Of a DNA stretch of 64,000 bases, positions 34,915 to 47,472 are shown piece by piece (position 1 is the first letter of the stretch; each line of letters starts with the position of its first letter). The notes beneath the pieces are model-generated. The model did no database searches. It was not told the origin of the DNA and was given only the letters and a program-made list of their open reading frames with translations. Source of the stretch: Eledone cirrhosa (taxonomy: Eukaryota). The translations under genes and the position numbers were made by a program. The DNA lies in assembly GCA_964016885.1 (NCBI GenBank), contig OZ024741.1, forward strand, positions 130,324,001 through 130,388,000, read 5' to 3'.

Positions 34915-35990
34915 AAAGTGAGTCCATAGAATCATTTGATAAAATATATACAGTATTTCTCCTCCCAATCAGCATAATTAACCACACGCTGTTGATCGCG
35001 GATAAAATAGCTATCATTTATTTATCTATTGTTTCTTCATAGGTACATTTTAAACTTATAGCCTCGTTTAATTGATTTTTTGTGTGGATAATTATGCTGA
35101 TTGGGAGGAGAAATACTGTATATATTTTATCAAATGATTCTATGGACTTACTTTCTTATATGTTGCTCTGATTGTTGATTATTTAATTAATTAATTCGTC
35201 AATGATCCACACCGTGAATGGTTGCCCAAAACACACATATATATATATATCTATGGCTCTGTCTAGTTTATGTATATATAAACCTATATATTTTATATAC
35301 TCCCGTATGGTCGAGTAAAAATTTAGGCAGTATTCGGCTGCGCTCTCTAGCAACCAGCCTACTCGCCGCCAGGCACCAATCACAAGCTTTTTGACTTGAC
35401 CACTGGCCATGTGACAATTCTTAGCCATTTTGAATCCGTTTCTGGCGGGGATCATTTAAGAAAAATCTTTGTTCAATTGAGTTTGTTTCCTGATGATTTC
35501 GAAACTCGTGAATTTATCCATGATCGGATATTTCCAAAAAGCGAATGAAATCCCATGTGGTAGATACATAATTTTGGTATGTTTATGTACATTTTTTCTT
35601 CTAACTTTGATTTTGTACCTAATTGTGTATGGTTGGCTATATGTCTAATCAATTTCTACGGGCTATTAGAAATACTAGGTAAATCTTCTGTGGTTGTTGA
35701 TCTCGGATAAAATAGCTATCATTTATTTATCTATTGTTTCTTCATAGGTACATTTTAAACTTATAGCCTCGTTTAATTGATTTTTTGTGTGGATAATTAT
35801 GCTGATTGGGAGGAGAAATACTGTATATATTTTATCAAATGATTCTATGGACTTACTTTCTTATATATTGCTCTGATTGTTGATTATTTAATTAATTAAT
35901 TCGTCATTGAATCACGCCTGAATGGTTGCCAAAAACACACATATATATCTATGCATCTGTTTCTGTCTAGTTTATGTATATATAAACCTA

Positions 35991-36000
<10 letters not shown>
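34910..36000 (+). mobile_element. PLE-like element with ~300-bp direct repeats (34999-35300 / 35704-36000) and an inverted 5' copy (34910-34980 vs 35089-35160), TA-flanked
   Basis: CGGATAAAATAGCTATCATTTATTTATCTATTG occurs twice; the inverted segment is read directly. Confidence 0.75.
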
Positions 36001-36019
<19 letters not shown>

Positions 36020-36030
<11 letters not shown>

Positions 36031-36775
36031 CGTAAAATAAGAAAATATTTTTAAAAAAAATTTTTAAAACATTTTTACTTACTTACTTAAATTTTCACTC
36101 CAACTAATTAGTTTCTGCAATGGGATAAAGACAGTTACGTAATCCAACTGTCGAGAATTCATTGCGTCATCAGGGAGTCTATTCTCAGCTAAGTCTCCAG
36201 GCAATGCGCGGACACTGGCGGCTCATATAAAAATAATAATATTCGGTAGATAGAACAGCTGGCGAGGACTGGATTCTATGTACTGAAATTCTCACTGCTT
36301 CTAGTCAAATGGCCGATTCTAAAGAATCAATCACGTGACACAGAGGCTAGTTAGAAGGAATGGGATGGTAAGATGACTGACGCCTACTAACACCCCAAAA
36401 AAAATTTTTTTAGAAGTGGTTTTGGCAGGTTTGCTCGACAAATCAGTGATTTGGAGATAAATATAGATAATTTAATATATCAACTAACATAAGCGCACAG
36501 ATGCACGCCCATGCCAGCAAATACACAGGTTATGTCATAGTACCTAGGTGGTTCAATGCAGGAGGATGCAGAACAATAATATAAAAGACGTAAAATAAGA
36601 AAATATTTTAAAAAAATTTTTTTTTTTAATTTTTTACTTACTTAAATTTTCACTCCAACTAATTAGTTTCTGCAATGGGATAAAGACAGTTACGTAATCC
36701 AACTGTCGAGAATTCATTGCGTTATCGGGGAGTCTATTCTCAGCTAAGTCTCCAGGCAATGCGCGGACACTGGCA
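36020..36775 (-). mobile_element. Non-coding retrozyme/PLE-like element with ~200-bp direct repeats (36020-36220 / 36578-36775), TA-flanked
   Basis: TATAAAAGACGTAAAATAAGAAAATATTTT...GCGCGGACACTGGC occurs twice; each repeat holds a hammerhead motif. Confidence 0.8.
36097..36178 (-). ncRNA. Type I hammerhead ribozyme with extended stem II
   Basis: Minus strand ACTCC-CTGATGA-CGCAATG...GACAGTT/AACTGTC...CATTGCA-GAAA-CTAATTAG-TT-GGAGT; the second copy at 36652-36733 has its core mutated to CCGATAA. Confidence 0.8.
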
Positions 36776-36859
36776 TATATATATATATATATAATAAGGG
36801 TTGACGGACCCACCATATTTATCAATGCCAGTACCGGTTGTATCTCAGCGCACTCCATG

Positions 36860-37880
36860 GGCAATGTAAGATACATTATCAGAGTATGCACAAAGTTATT
36901 TCTTCAACACAACACACGTAAAACGGATGCCTATAATGTTAATATTTTAAGTTCCATAATAAGTTGGATAGAGAAGTTGAAGATTTTTTACCAATATTCG
37001 TAAAGGAACATTTATGGTTATTGAAACGAGATTTGAAGTCTGTCGAAGTAGAGCCGACATAGTTAAAGGAATTATCATTGGTTTTGACATTGCAATTGTA
37101 TAATACATTTTTAACTAAACAGTTATTATTTAAAGGACAGTAGAGATTTATTTCTACAATTACATTTATCAGAATTTATATTATTAGGAACAGTATCATT
37201 ATATTGGATATTGCTAGAGGTATTAATGTTATTCTGGTTAAGTTTTAAGTTTCTATTATTAATTCTATTTATATTCTGCGCTAAATTCATAGTGGTAGAA
37301 TATGATAGTTTAATTGTGTGTCTGTTAAAGATTGAGTGATACCTATGTGTCTTGGGAAAACATTTATCGAGAGCTTTAAAAAATAGTTTAGCTATTGAAG
37401 TTTTAATACTTAATGAGAAAGGAGGAGCGAACCATAATACATTTCTAGTTATATTTCTTCTTTTAATTTTAGGGTTTGTGCTAGGTTTCTTATTATAATT
37501 ATAATTATGGTTATTTGGCATATCTTTAGTATCGATGTATTTAATTTCATTATTATAGCCTGGATTGGCAGTATCGGTAGAGGGTCGGACGCCATGCTTT
37601 CCAGCATAGTTACGTCCCTTTACGATCTGAGTTCAAATCCCGCCGCGGTTGACTTTGCCTTTCATCCTTACGGGGTCGATAAAATAAAGTACCAGTAATG
37701 CACTGGGTAATTGCTGGCCTTGTGCCTAAAGTAGAAACAATTATTATAGCCTGATCTACTTAAAGCTTCGTTATAATATTGTGCCTTATCTTCAAATATA
37801 TTTTTATTCGCTGAAATTCTAGAAATATGTTGCTGTAGAGAATTTACAATAGTGTTTTTAACGGATCTCAGGTGATTGGA
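36860..37880 (-). pseudogene. Penelope-like ORF C-terminal part (thumb, linker, GIY-YIG), decayed and SINE-interrupted
   Basis: SNHLRSVKNTIVNSLQQHISRIS...YYNEALSRSGY; RNVLWFAPPFS...IFNRHTIKLSYS; CLVKNVLYNC...YVGSTSTDFKSRFNNH. Confidence 0.85.
37563..37739 (+). mobile_element. SINE family A inserted in the PLE ORF
   Basis: TSD ATTATTATAGCCTG at 37549-37562 and 37740-37753. Confidence 0.9.
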
Positions 37881-37882
37881 AT

Positions 37883-38262
37883 TATAAACACACACAGACA
37901 CCCGGATGTGGCGCATGCGCAGACTGAGCACACAACACACACACACAGAAACAAGATGGCGTAGGACAGAACAAAGGAGAGGCACAAAAACAAAGAAAAG
38001 AATCCCCAGTCAGTGAAGAGGTCACAGAATGTGTGACGAAAGAACTTTGACAATATATAAACAACCATTTGGTTGTGGAACCAACCAACCAACCGGAAAT
38101 GTATAAATTCATAAATTTATAAATTTATTATAATAAATTGAAGTGAAAGCAACTGGTGCGTGTGTTTATTATTGGCAACATGACCCTCCCAAAGTATAAC
38201 AATATCGGTTTCAACACACGTTTTCAGATAAATAATCTTACTAAACAGATTCAGAAACGAAA
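37883..38262 (+). mobile_element. Third copy of the 27.6-28.1 kb pseudo-LTR; hammerhead at 38009-38051 with core C>G
   Basis: Highly similar to 27762-28140; core reads GTGAAGA. Confidence 0.85.
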
Positions 38263-38547
38263 TATATATATATATATATTTGATATACTTGATATATCTC
38301 ATATGAAATAATACACCCAATTATCCACACAATACAATATAGATAGCACCCCAAACGTTTAATTGGGAATATACTCAAGTATTTCTCAATGTTTGTTGGG
38401 TGAGTTGGAATTTGGCTTTTAGTTTTCTCCGATTATGTATTTATATATATATACGTATATAATACACACACATATATATATATATATTTTTTTTTTCTTT
38501 TTTCAGTCTGGTCTATCATGTTTGAACCCCCTGTTGGAGATATATAG

Positions 38548-38619
<72 letters not shown>

Positions 38620-38786
38620 GGGGTAACAAATAATAGTTATATGCAGTCCACTTAGGTGTAGTCCAGTTATGGTATTCCGGGTAGTGGATGATATCAACGC
38701 TTGGCTTGGTTTGACTCAACAAGGCGTTTTCATAGTGATGTTGCGAGTATGCTGTAATTCCTATGTTGTAAACACTTGGAGTAATA

Positions 38787-38868
38787 ATTGTTTCTACTTT
38801 AGGCACAAGGCCAGCAATTACCCAGTTCATTACTTGTACTTTATTTTATCGACCCCGTAAGGATGAAA
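38787..38868 (-). mobile_element. SINE family A 3' fragment
   Basis: Tail sequence with a short flanking duplication AGTAATAAT. Confidence 0.8.
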
Positions 38869-38916
38869 GTAATAATAAATCAGGAAAGAAGATTGACATG
38901 GTTTGCTATCTATATA

Positions 38917-38948
<32 letters not shown>

Positions 38949-39005
<57 letters not shown>
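38949..39005. repeat. (GATA)n microsatellite at the LINE 3' end
   Basis: Read directly. Confidence 0.95.
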
Positions 39006-39007
<2 letters not shown>

Positions 39008-39223
39008 ATTTCTTTATTTACCATAAAGGCATAAAAAGAAGGGACAAATACAAAGGGGGAGTTTACATACAATCGAGTAAAAAGGGTGTAACATGAAAAT
39101 AATCGAAAATAACCTCAAAAGGGAGGGGACGTGATGGGAGTTGCACACACCCCCGAAAAAGTGTGCAATCCTTTGCCCGGGGAGCACATGGAGAAGGTGC
39201 TCCCCTCTCCTTTACCTCTTTAC

Positions 39224-41911
39224 CTACAGGATGGTATACAGAGAATGCCCATTTACACGAGCCATTCTCGCCACTATCACCCACCTTTCATAAAACTGCC
39301 TGTGGCCAAGCACCTCTCTCTCCATTCTTATCCTTCTTCCGAAGTGATATCGGAAGAAGTAGACCAGACTATGGCCAGAGAGGAAGTTGCCTGACCTCAG
39401 ACCTTTCAATCGTGTCCACCAAACAACCTCTTTCAACATGGCTATTACGCACAGAAAAACCGCTTTTGCTTCCTTTGTGAAGAGGGGCGGCGGTTTGATT
39501 GTCATCACGGACTCGGCGGTCAATTGAATCGGCGCCACCCGCGACAGCAGTCGTTCGGCGTAGCCCCACAGATCAGCCACGCCCGGACATTGCACCAATG
39601 CGTGCGCAACGGTTTCTTCGTGACGCACGCATCTAGGGCAAATCTTTTTTGAGGGATCCCTGCCCGGGCGCCCGTGTCTGTAGAGCCTCTCTCGAACGGG
39701 TAGAGCCCCTCGGTAGCACTGCCAGGCCAGTGACTTCTGGAAGTTGTCCATTGGTCCTGGGCCGAAAGTCCTACCGAACAGGCTGGCCAGTTCGTCTTCT
39801 TCCATGTCCAGCGACTCTCCAAGGGTGTCATCGCCCCTGCTAGCCACCAGCCCTCTATAGAATGATGAGGTGGATTCTCCACCGATGGCCTGGCCCGCTT
39901 GCCAGAGAGCCCTGAGCGCCTGAGCACACTCAGTGTGCCAGTCTCCCAGTTTTCCGGATCTTTGCTTGACCCAGGACTGTAGCTCGGTGAGCGAGACGAG
40001 TCTCGGAAAGGCTCGTTTCACGAACGGAGCCCACACCGGTTGACCAGTGAGGAATACCTGTAGGTGCCGTAGCCTTAATGCGTGCCTACGCATCATCAAC
40101 CACGGCATCCCCAGTCCTCCTTTCGAAGGTTGTTGGCAGCAGATGGATCTTCTCACCATAGGAGGGCGCTTCTTCCAAAGAAATTGGAAGAGCATGCGTT
40201 CCATGGTGGTGAGTGTTTCCTTAGGGCAAGGCACGACAGTCAGGCGGTAGTAAGTGACGGACGCTATGTAAATGTTCGCCACCTCCGCCCAGCCTTTTAG
40301 GGACAGCTTACACTTGGCCCATTTCTGGGTTAGTGCAAACACCTTGTTCGTAACCTCGTTCCAGTTCTTTTCCACCTGGAGGTCCGGTTCAAACCAGACC
40401 CCAAGCAACTTTACCGGGCCCTCCGTCCAGTGTCCGACAACACCGTCGGGAGGCATCGGTCTACCTCTCCACGTTCCGAGTTGCAGCCCGATGGATTTTT
40501 CCCGGTTCAGTTTCGCTCCTGACAACCTTTCGTAATCCTCCAGTAAGGTACCGATCGCCTCGATCTCCGAGTCGGTCGATGCCATTACTGTTACGTCATC
40601 GGCGTAGGCCGACACCGCTTTGCTCAATCCTGGTTCCAGGGGGATACCCTGCAACAACTCCAACTTCCTCAGTAAAGGCTCGAGAGTCAATACGTACAGA
40701 AGGGAGGAGAGAGGGCACCCCTGTCGAATGGATCGTGTGATTTCGAACGGCTTCGAAAGGTAGCCGTTCACCTTGATCCTAGAACAGATGTGGTTGCTAT
40801 GTAAGGCAGTGATCCAGCCTCTGAAAACAGGACCGAACCCAGCCGCCGCTAGCACCGCATCCAGGTAACCATGGTCGACCCTATCGAAGGCCTTAGACTG
40901 ATCCAAGTTGATCAGGGCCCCACCGAAGCCGGGTTTGTTGCCAACCCTCTCTATGATGCATCGCATGAGGTGGAGGTTATCGTGAATGGACCTGGATGGG
41001 ATAGCACATGTCTGCGCATCTCCCACCAGGCCATCCACGACAAGCGCCAATCTCTTTGCTAACACCTTGGCCAAAATCTTTAACTCTGTGTTTAGCAGGG
41101 TTATGGGCCGAAAATTATTTATACTATCCCCCTTGTTCTCGTCCTTCCTCACCAGCGAGACTACGCCCTTGGCTACAGAACAAGGAATTCTCCCGTTCTG
41201 CTGCCAATTGCAGTAGACCGCTTCGAGGAGTTCGGAGAAGAAGACCTGCATTGCTAAATAAAGTTCGTAAGGTATACCATCGAGACCTGGAGATTTGCGT
41301 CTGCTGCATTGGCTCAGCGCATCCCCGATCTCATCAGCCGAGATTGATCCCTCGCAGGACTCTGCCTCTTCGCTCGAGAGACGCGGCAGGCCGTCGAGGT
41401 ATAGACCGAAATCCACGTCCCCGCCCGGACCCTCGCCTCCCCCGAATAATCGGGCAAAGTGCCTTTGAAAGGCCTCGCACATCTGCTTAGGCTCCCGGAT
41501 CACCCGTCCATCCTCGTCTTGCAAAGACCGGATGGTGGATCGATTTCCACTCTTAGCTTCTGTCACGCGGGCCCAGCCAACGGCTTTGGCCCCCTCATTA
41601 CCTAGAGCACGTATTTTACTTCGAATGACGCAGCCTTCGTGCTTTGCATCGAAAAACTGGTTCAAGGCCGTCCTCGATGCCAGCACTCTGGCCACATCTT
41701 TGCTCTTGATTGCCTCTTCTAATTTACCTGTTAATTCTTTCTCGTTTCTATTCCTATCGGCAGCTAACATCTTGCTATAACTTATTGATTCTGTTCTAAT
41801 CTCTCTTTTGAGAGATGCCCACCATCGGTTGTTGACGATTGAACCCGCCAACCTCTCCTTAACTAATCTGCTAATCCGGTTTCTGTAAGTCTCTTTTGCC
41901 GGTAAAGACAA
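39224..41911 (-). CDS. LINE ORF2 reverse transcriptase and C-terminal zinc finger (895 aa open; N-terminus disconnected by a frameshift near 41940)
   Basis: KSPGLDG, FRPITLLNTELKILAK, LDQSKAFDRVDH, IRQGCPLS, YADD, KGGLG, CPRC...ETVAHALVQC. Confidence 0.92.
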   Translation of the reverse strand: MSLPAKETYRNRISRLVKERLAGSIVNNRWWASLKREIRTESISYSKMLAADRNRNEKELTGKLEEAIKSKDVARVLASRTALNQFFDAKHEGCVIRSKIRALGNEGAKAVGWARVTEAKSGNRSTIRSLQDEDGRVIREPKQMCEAFQRHFARLFGGGEGPGGDVDFGLYLDGLPRLSSEEAESCEGSISADEIGDALSQCSRRKSPGLDGIPYELYLAMQVFFSELLEAVYCNWQQNGRIPCSVAKGVVSLVRKDENKGDSINNFRPITLLNTELKILAKVLAKRLALVVDGLVGDAQTCAIPSRSIHDNLHLMRCIIERVGNKPGFGGALINLDQSKAFDRVDHGYLDAVLAAAGFGPVFRGWITALHSNHICSRIKVNGYLSKPFEITRSIRQGCPLSSLLYVLTLEPLLRKLELLQGIPLEPGLSKAVSAYADDVTVMASTDSEIEAIGTLLEDYERLSGAKLNREKSIGLQLGTWRGRPMPPDGVVGHWTEGPVKLLGVWFEPDLQVEKNWNEVTNKVFALTQKWAKCKLSLKGWAEVANIYIASVTYYRLTVVPCPKETLTTMERMLFQFLWKKRPPMVRRSICCQQPSKGGLGMPWLMMRRHALRLRHLQVFLTGQPVWAPFVKRAFPRLVSLTELQSWVKQRSGKLGDWHTECAQALRALWQAGQAIGGESTSSFYRGLVASRGDDTLGESLDMEEDELASLFGRTFGPGPMDNFQKSLAWQCYRGALPVRERLYRHGRPGRDPSKKICPRCVRHEETVAHALVQCPGVADLWGYAERLLSRVAPIQLTAESVMTIKPPPLFTKEAKAVFLCVIAMLKEVVWWTRLKGLRSGNFLSGHSLVYFFRYHFGRRIRMEREVLGHRQFYERWVIVARMARVNGHSLYTIL

Positions 41912-42055
41912 ATTAAGTTTCCAGTAACCGGGACCCTGTTTGTGTTTTCTCGAGATTGACTACGCAGGTCACTAATTTGTGATCCGTATAGCCAACCGTG
42001 AGCATTTCTGGACAGCTTAATATGTCCCTATCCTTACTTCTAACTAAGAATCTAA

Positions 42056-42414
42056 TAGATAGATTTTTTTATTAGCCACAAGGGCGCAACAAGAAAGGGG
42101 ATAATACAAAGACACGCCGGAGATTTTACATACAGTCGTGTAAAAAATATAAAAACAAACAATTTCAACAATCGAAATCCCCAATAGGGGGGAGGCGCCA
42201 CAAATGGGTTGTTTAATACCCCGTCGATAGAACAACCCTCAACTCGAGGAGCGTGTTGTGCAAGTGCTCCTTTCTTCCTTTTGTTCTCTTCCTCAACCTA
42301 CAGGCTTATAAACAGAGAAGGCCCAATCACTCGGGCCATTTTCGCTTCATTCACCCACCTTTCAGTAAATTTACTGGGGTGCAGTGCCTCTCTCTCCACC
42401 CTGATTCTCCACCG
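42056..42414 (-). mobile_element. 5'-truncated 3' end of a related LINE replacing the middle of the endonuclease domain
   Basis: RIRVEREALHPSKFTERWVNEAKMARVIGPSLFISL* parallels the host C-terminus RIRMEREVLGHRQFYERWVIVARMARVNGHSLYTIL*; followed by a 3' UTR, AATAAA and ATCTATCTA. Confidence 0.88.
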
Positions 42415-42774
42415 TGATTGCGATAGCCCGGTCGGGGCATAAACGGCCACCAGTTTGAAGGCTCCACCTCCAATACTGTTCACGTCTAGGACTACCAGTC
42501 TACCCTCCGGGTCCAAGTGTACTTGCTGTACTTCGACGTCCAGGTTCTTCCGAAACTTGACAGCCACTCTCCCTCCACCTCCTGGCTGACCGAGAGATGC
42601 GTAGATCTCAAAGTCGTCGAAGATAGGGCTTAGTAGCTGCCTATTGTGGATCCTGGATTCAGTGATGGCTATCACATCCATACCGTGTGACCTAAGGTCG
42701 TTTAAAAGTTGGCCCTGTTTCCAGGGCATCCCTAGGCCACGCATATTCACGCTTCCAACTCGTAAACTAGCCAT
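42415..42774 (-). pseudogene. LINE ORF2 N-terminal apurinic-like endonuclease (first half); remainder at about 41915-42055
   Basis: VGSVNMRGL, DVIAITES, DPEGRLV, VAVYAP; downstream RFLVRS...GYTDHKLV and GYWKLN. Confidence 0.88.
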
Positions 42775-42899
42775 GTTGGTGAAGAAGAGTTGGAGAAAAA
42801 GGACGAAAGCTGCACTTACCTTTTCGTTTTCTGGAGATCGGGTTGTTCAATTTCCATTTGGGTGCTGGATGGGGTGTTGTGTGGGGTGGGGAAACATTT

Positions 42900-44355
42900 T
42901 AACAGGACGCTGTTGATGGGTTTCTAGCAGGGGTTGTCCACGTCCTGTGAAAATTTATTTTTCAGGTCCTTATAGGTTTCCATAGAAACCCTTATAAGTT
43001 TAAGGTGTGGAGACGATTCTGCCTTGACGAAAGTTTTGCCCTCCGTCTCCACCTTGGGGTTTTGGGAGATGACCTCCATCAAACTCTTGTTGTTTGTGTT
43101 TTTGTTGTGTTGTTTTAGTTTGTTGTTCGTCCGGGAGTTTTCTTTTTATGGTGGGTGGTTGTGTTTGGGGTGGTGTTGGTGTTGGTTTTGCTGGTAGGGG
43201 GATGTTTTACTGTGTTGTTGTTTGTGTTGTTGTTTGTGTCTGTGGTTGTGTGTTGGTGTTGGTGATTGAAGTTTTGTGGGTTTTGTGGTGTCTCTTTTTT
43301 TGTTTTTTAGATTTCCGTGGCGCTGCCTCTTCTTCACTTAAAGAAGGAGAAGCAGCTTCATCCATCGATGAATAATCATCGTCAGGTGTGTGGGGTAGGG
43401 GTATGTTGCGTGGTGGTGGTGTTTCGGTGTGTGTGTTTGTGGTAGTGTTTCATGGAGTGGAATGGAGTGGGGCTGTGTTCTTCAGGGGTGTTGTCTCTGT
43501 TTTTTCTGTTGTTGTTGGTTGAGTGGCTGTTTGTTTTGGTGTGGTTGCTCGTTTCATCTGTTGTTGTACTTGTGGTGGTGGTGGTTGTTTTGGTGTTGGT
43601 GTTGGTAATAGTGTTTTTTTTAATGACATTGATGTGGTGTGTTTGTGAAGGACAGGAGGCTTTTATGTGTGCTGTGCTACCACAGCGAAAGCAATGACAT
43701 TTTCGTCCTTCTACTGAAATGTTTATTTTGTTGTTGTCGTCGATGACGACTTTTTCGGGTATTTTGGAGATTCTCTCCAGCCTCATTTGCAACAGAATCT
43801 CCAACTCGGTACCTGCCCACCTTTGTCGAATAGACTTTCGTATCGAAAGAATGGCATCAGTTTCTGGCTCTACGAAGCCAGCCAAGATCCACCAGATGTT
43901 AATGTTTGGTGGTATATTTTTATTTTTTATTTTTGTGTCCTTTTTCCCATGTATGTAGGGAAAAAGGTGAATGCTTTTGACACCATTGGTGTCACAGAAT
44001 GTTTTTGAGCGAGTGCCTCGCTTTTAAACAGTACGGAAACACTTCCGTACTGTTTTCCTCGTTGGAGAAATTCGATATTTGCTAGAATTTCCTTCAAGGT
44101 ATCTTCTATATTTCCTTTACTAACAAATATCGGCTTTCTCGTGGTTTGGATACAGTCCTAAAGGTCACTGTCCTTCGAACTGTGTCTTCTTTTATTTCGA
44201 GGGGTGAGTTAATTCTAAACCCACCCTTCTCTTCGAAAGTTACAAATTTTCTCCCTTGCTGGAGCATATCTCTTGCATTGGAGATATCAAGATTTATAAA
44301 ATCTTGATTTTTGTTTACTGTTTCAGCGAAAGACAATTTGTTTGTGTGGTGTTGC

Positions 44356-44413
<58 letters not shown>

Positions 44414-44717
44414 AGCCTCGGTGTTGGAAATCTCAGTTCCTTGACGAGGTGAAACTTATGTGTAGATGTATCTGTGGAGATGTTGATGTCTTTTTCATGT
44501 GTATGTATGTTAATGGGTTTAATTCCTGTGTTTTCATTTTTCTCCACTTCGACGGTAGAAATTGTACAATCTTCAAGTGGCAATATTTTTTTCCTTTGTT
44601 GACAGTCGTATCTATGGCGACGTCCATAGTAGCAGAAGCAGATATAACGTTAAAATCTGCCTCTTTCTATCTCTTTTCTCTGTCGACGTTCTCCAGCGTT
44701 CCTTTCGTGTTATTCAT
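42900..44717 (-). pseudogene. LINE ORF1 (Gag-like, CCHC zinc knuckle), fragmented by stops, frameshifts and an (AAC)n expansion
   Basis: CFRCGSTAHIKASC (CX2CX4HX4C) at 43652-43693; located upstream of ORF2. Confidence 0.75.
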
Positions 44718-44924
44718 GTTTTATAGTTGGCAAAATTTGATATTTTAAAACAATTTTTAAATTAAATTTTCGCCCCTAAAGGCCGAAAAATGGGATTACC
44801 ACCCAGCTGACAATTGAGCTTGGGGGTTAATCTACAAAATAATATGTTTTTTCAAACAATTTGTTCTGTTTTTCGTGTATAAATTTACAAAAAATCTTAC
44901 CAGCGATGTTCCATGCGTCAGGCA

Positions 44925-44933
44925 GATAGAGAA

Positions 44934-45017
<84 letters not shown>
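44925..45017. repeat. (GATA)n microsatellite near the LINE 5' end
   Basis: Read directly. Confidence 0.95.
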
Positions 45018-45018
<1 letters not shown>

Positions 45019-45240
45019 CGTGTACCAAACACACACACACACACATTTCTTACTCTCTCTGACCTTCCCGCTTTACGCGATTTACTTGTCCCAATAGCTT
45101 TATTTAGCTATTGCTCGCACCAACCGGAGGTATATGATTTTTAAAGCGATGAAATACCAATGAAGGTTGGAAAATCACTGACGAAGGACTATTTTTATCA
45201 GATGTAACCCATGTGCAACCACGCAGTATTCTTTCTTCTC

Positions 45241-45282
<42 letters not shown>

Positions 45283-45390
45283 GTTGTTGAAAAGAGAAGT
45301 GGCCTTTGACCTAGCAATAAAGACTGGAGACAAATTCTTTCTGTACCAAAACCAAGGCACACACACACACACACACACAATTTTGTGTGT

Positions 45391-45463
<73 letters not shown>

Positions 45464-45989
45464 CGTGCGCGTGCGTGCGTGCGTGCGCGTTTATGTGTGT
45501 GTGTGTGTGTATCTATCTATGTATATATATATATGGGATACAGAAATGACTTTCTCACTGTCTCCAAGCTTCTCAATTCATTCGTTGCTACTAAGTATTT
45601 TATTTTGCAAGGTACTATTTTTCTCCTGAGTTCGTGATTTCAGAGAAAGGTAAGAAATTCTTCATATTTTGCATCTTTTGTATTTTGACATTACATTTTG
45701 AATTGTAGAATTGTCTATCCACTCAAAATATTACAACAGCTAACAGTGAAATATAGAATTAAAAAAAAAAGTTTTTTCGACTGCGGTCAAATCTTTTGTT
45801 TTGGACTGAAACTTTTTTGTATTTAATTCGTGCGAGTATTTTTTAAAGATTCTAACATAACTTGATTTGGGCCAGTAATCTACTGATATCAAAATCAGTA
45901 GTATATTGAAAAATGGAAAAATAGGGTAGGAGGGGCGTTTAGTGATTTCAAGGGGAAAAAGGGTTGAGAACCTTTGATTTAGAGTACTT

Positions 45990-47470
<1,481 letters not shown>

Positions 47471-47472
47471 TC

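Larger units (their letters stand above)
39008..44830 (-). mobile_element. Near-full-length L1/Tx1-type non-LTR retrotransposon (ORF1, ORF2, 3' UTR), inactivated; 5' boundary approximate
   Basis: ORF1 zinc knuckle, APE endonuclease, RT and C-terminal Zn finger in order; AATAAA followed by (TATC)n at the 3' end. Confidence 0.9.

Noticed and set aside
35488-35512. CTGATGA...GAAAC hammerhead-like core
   Set aside because: No stem II or stem I can form; probably chance.
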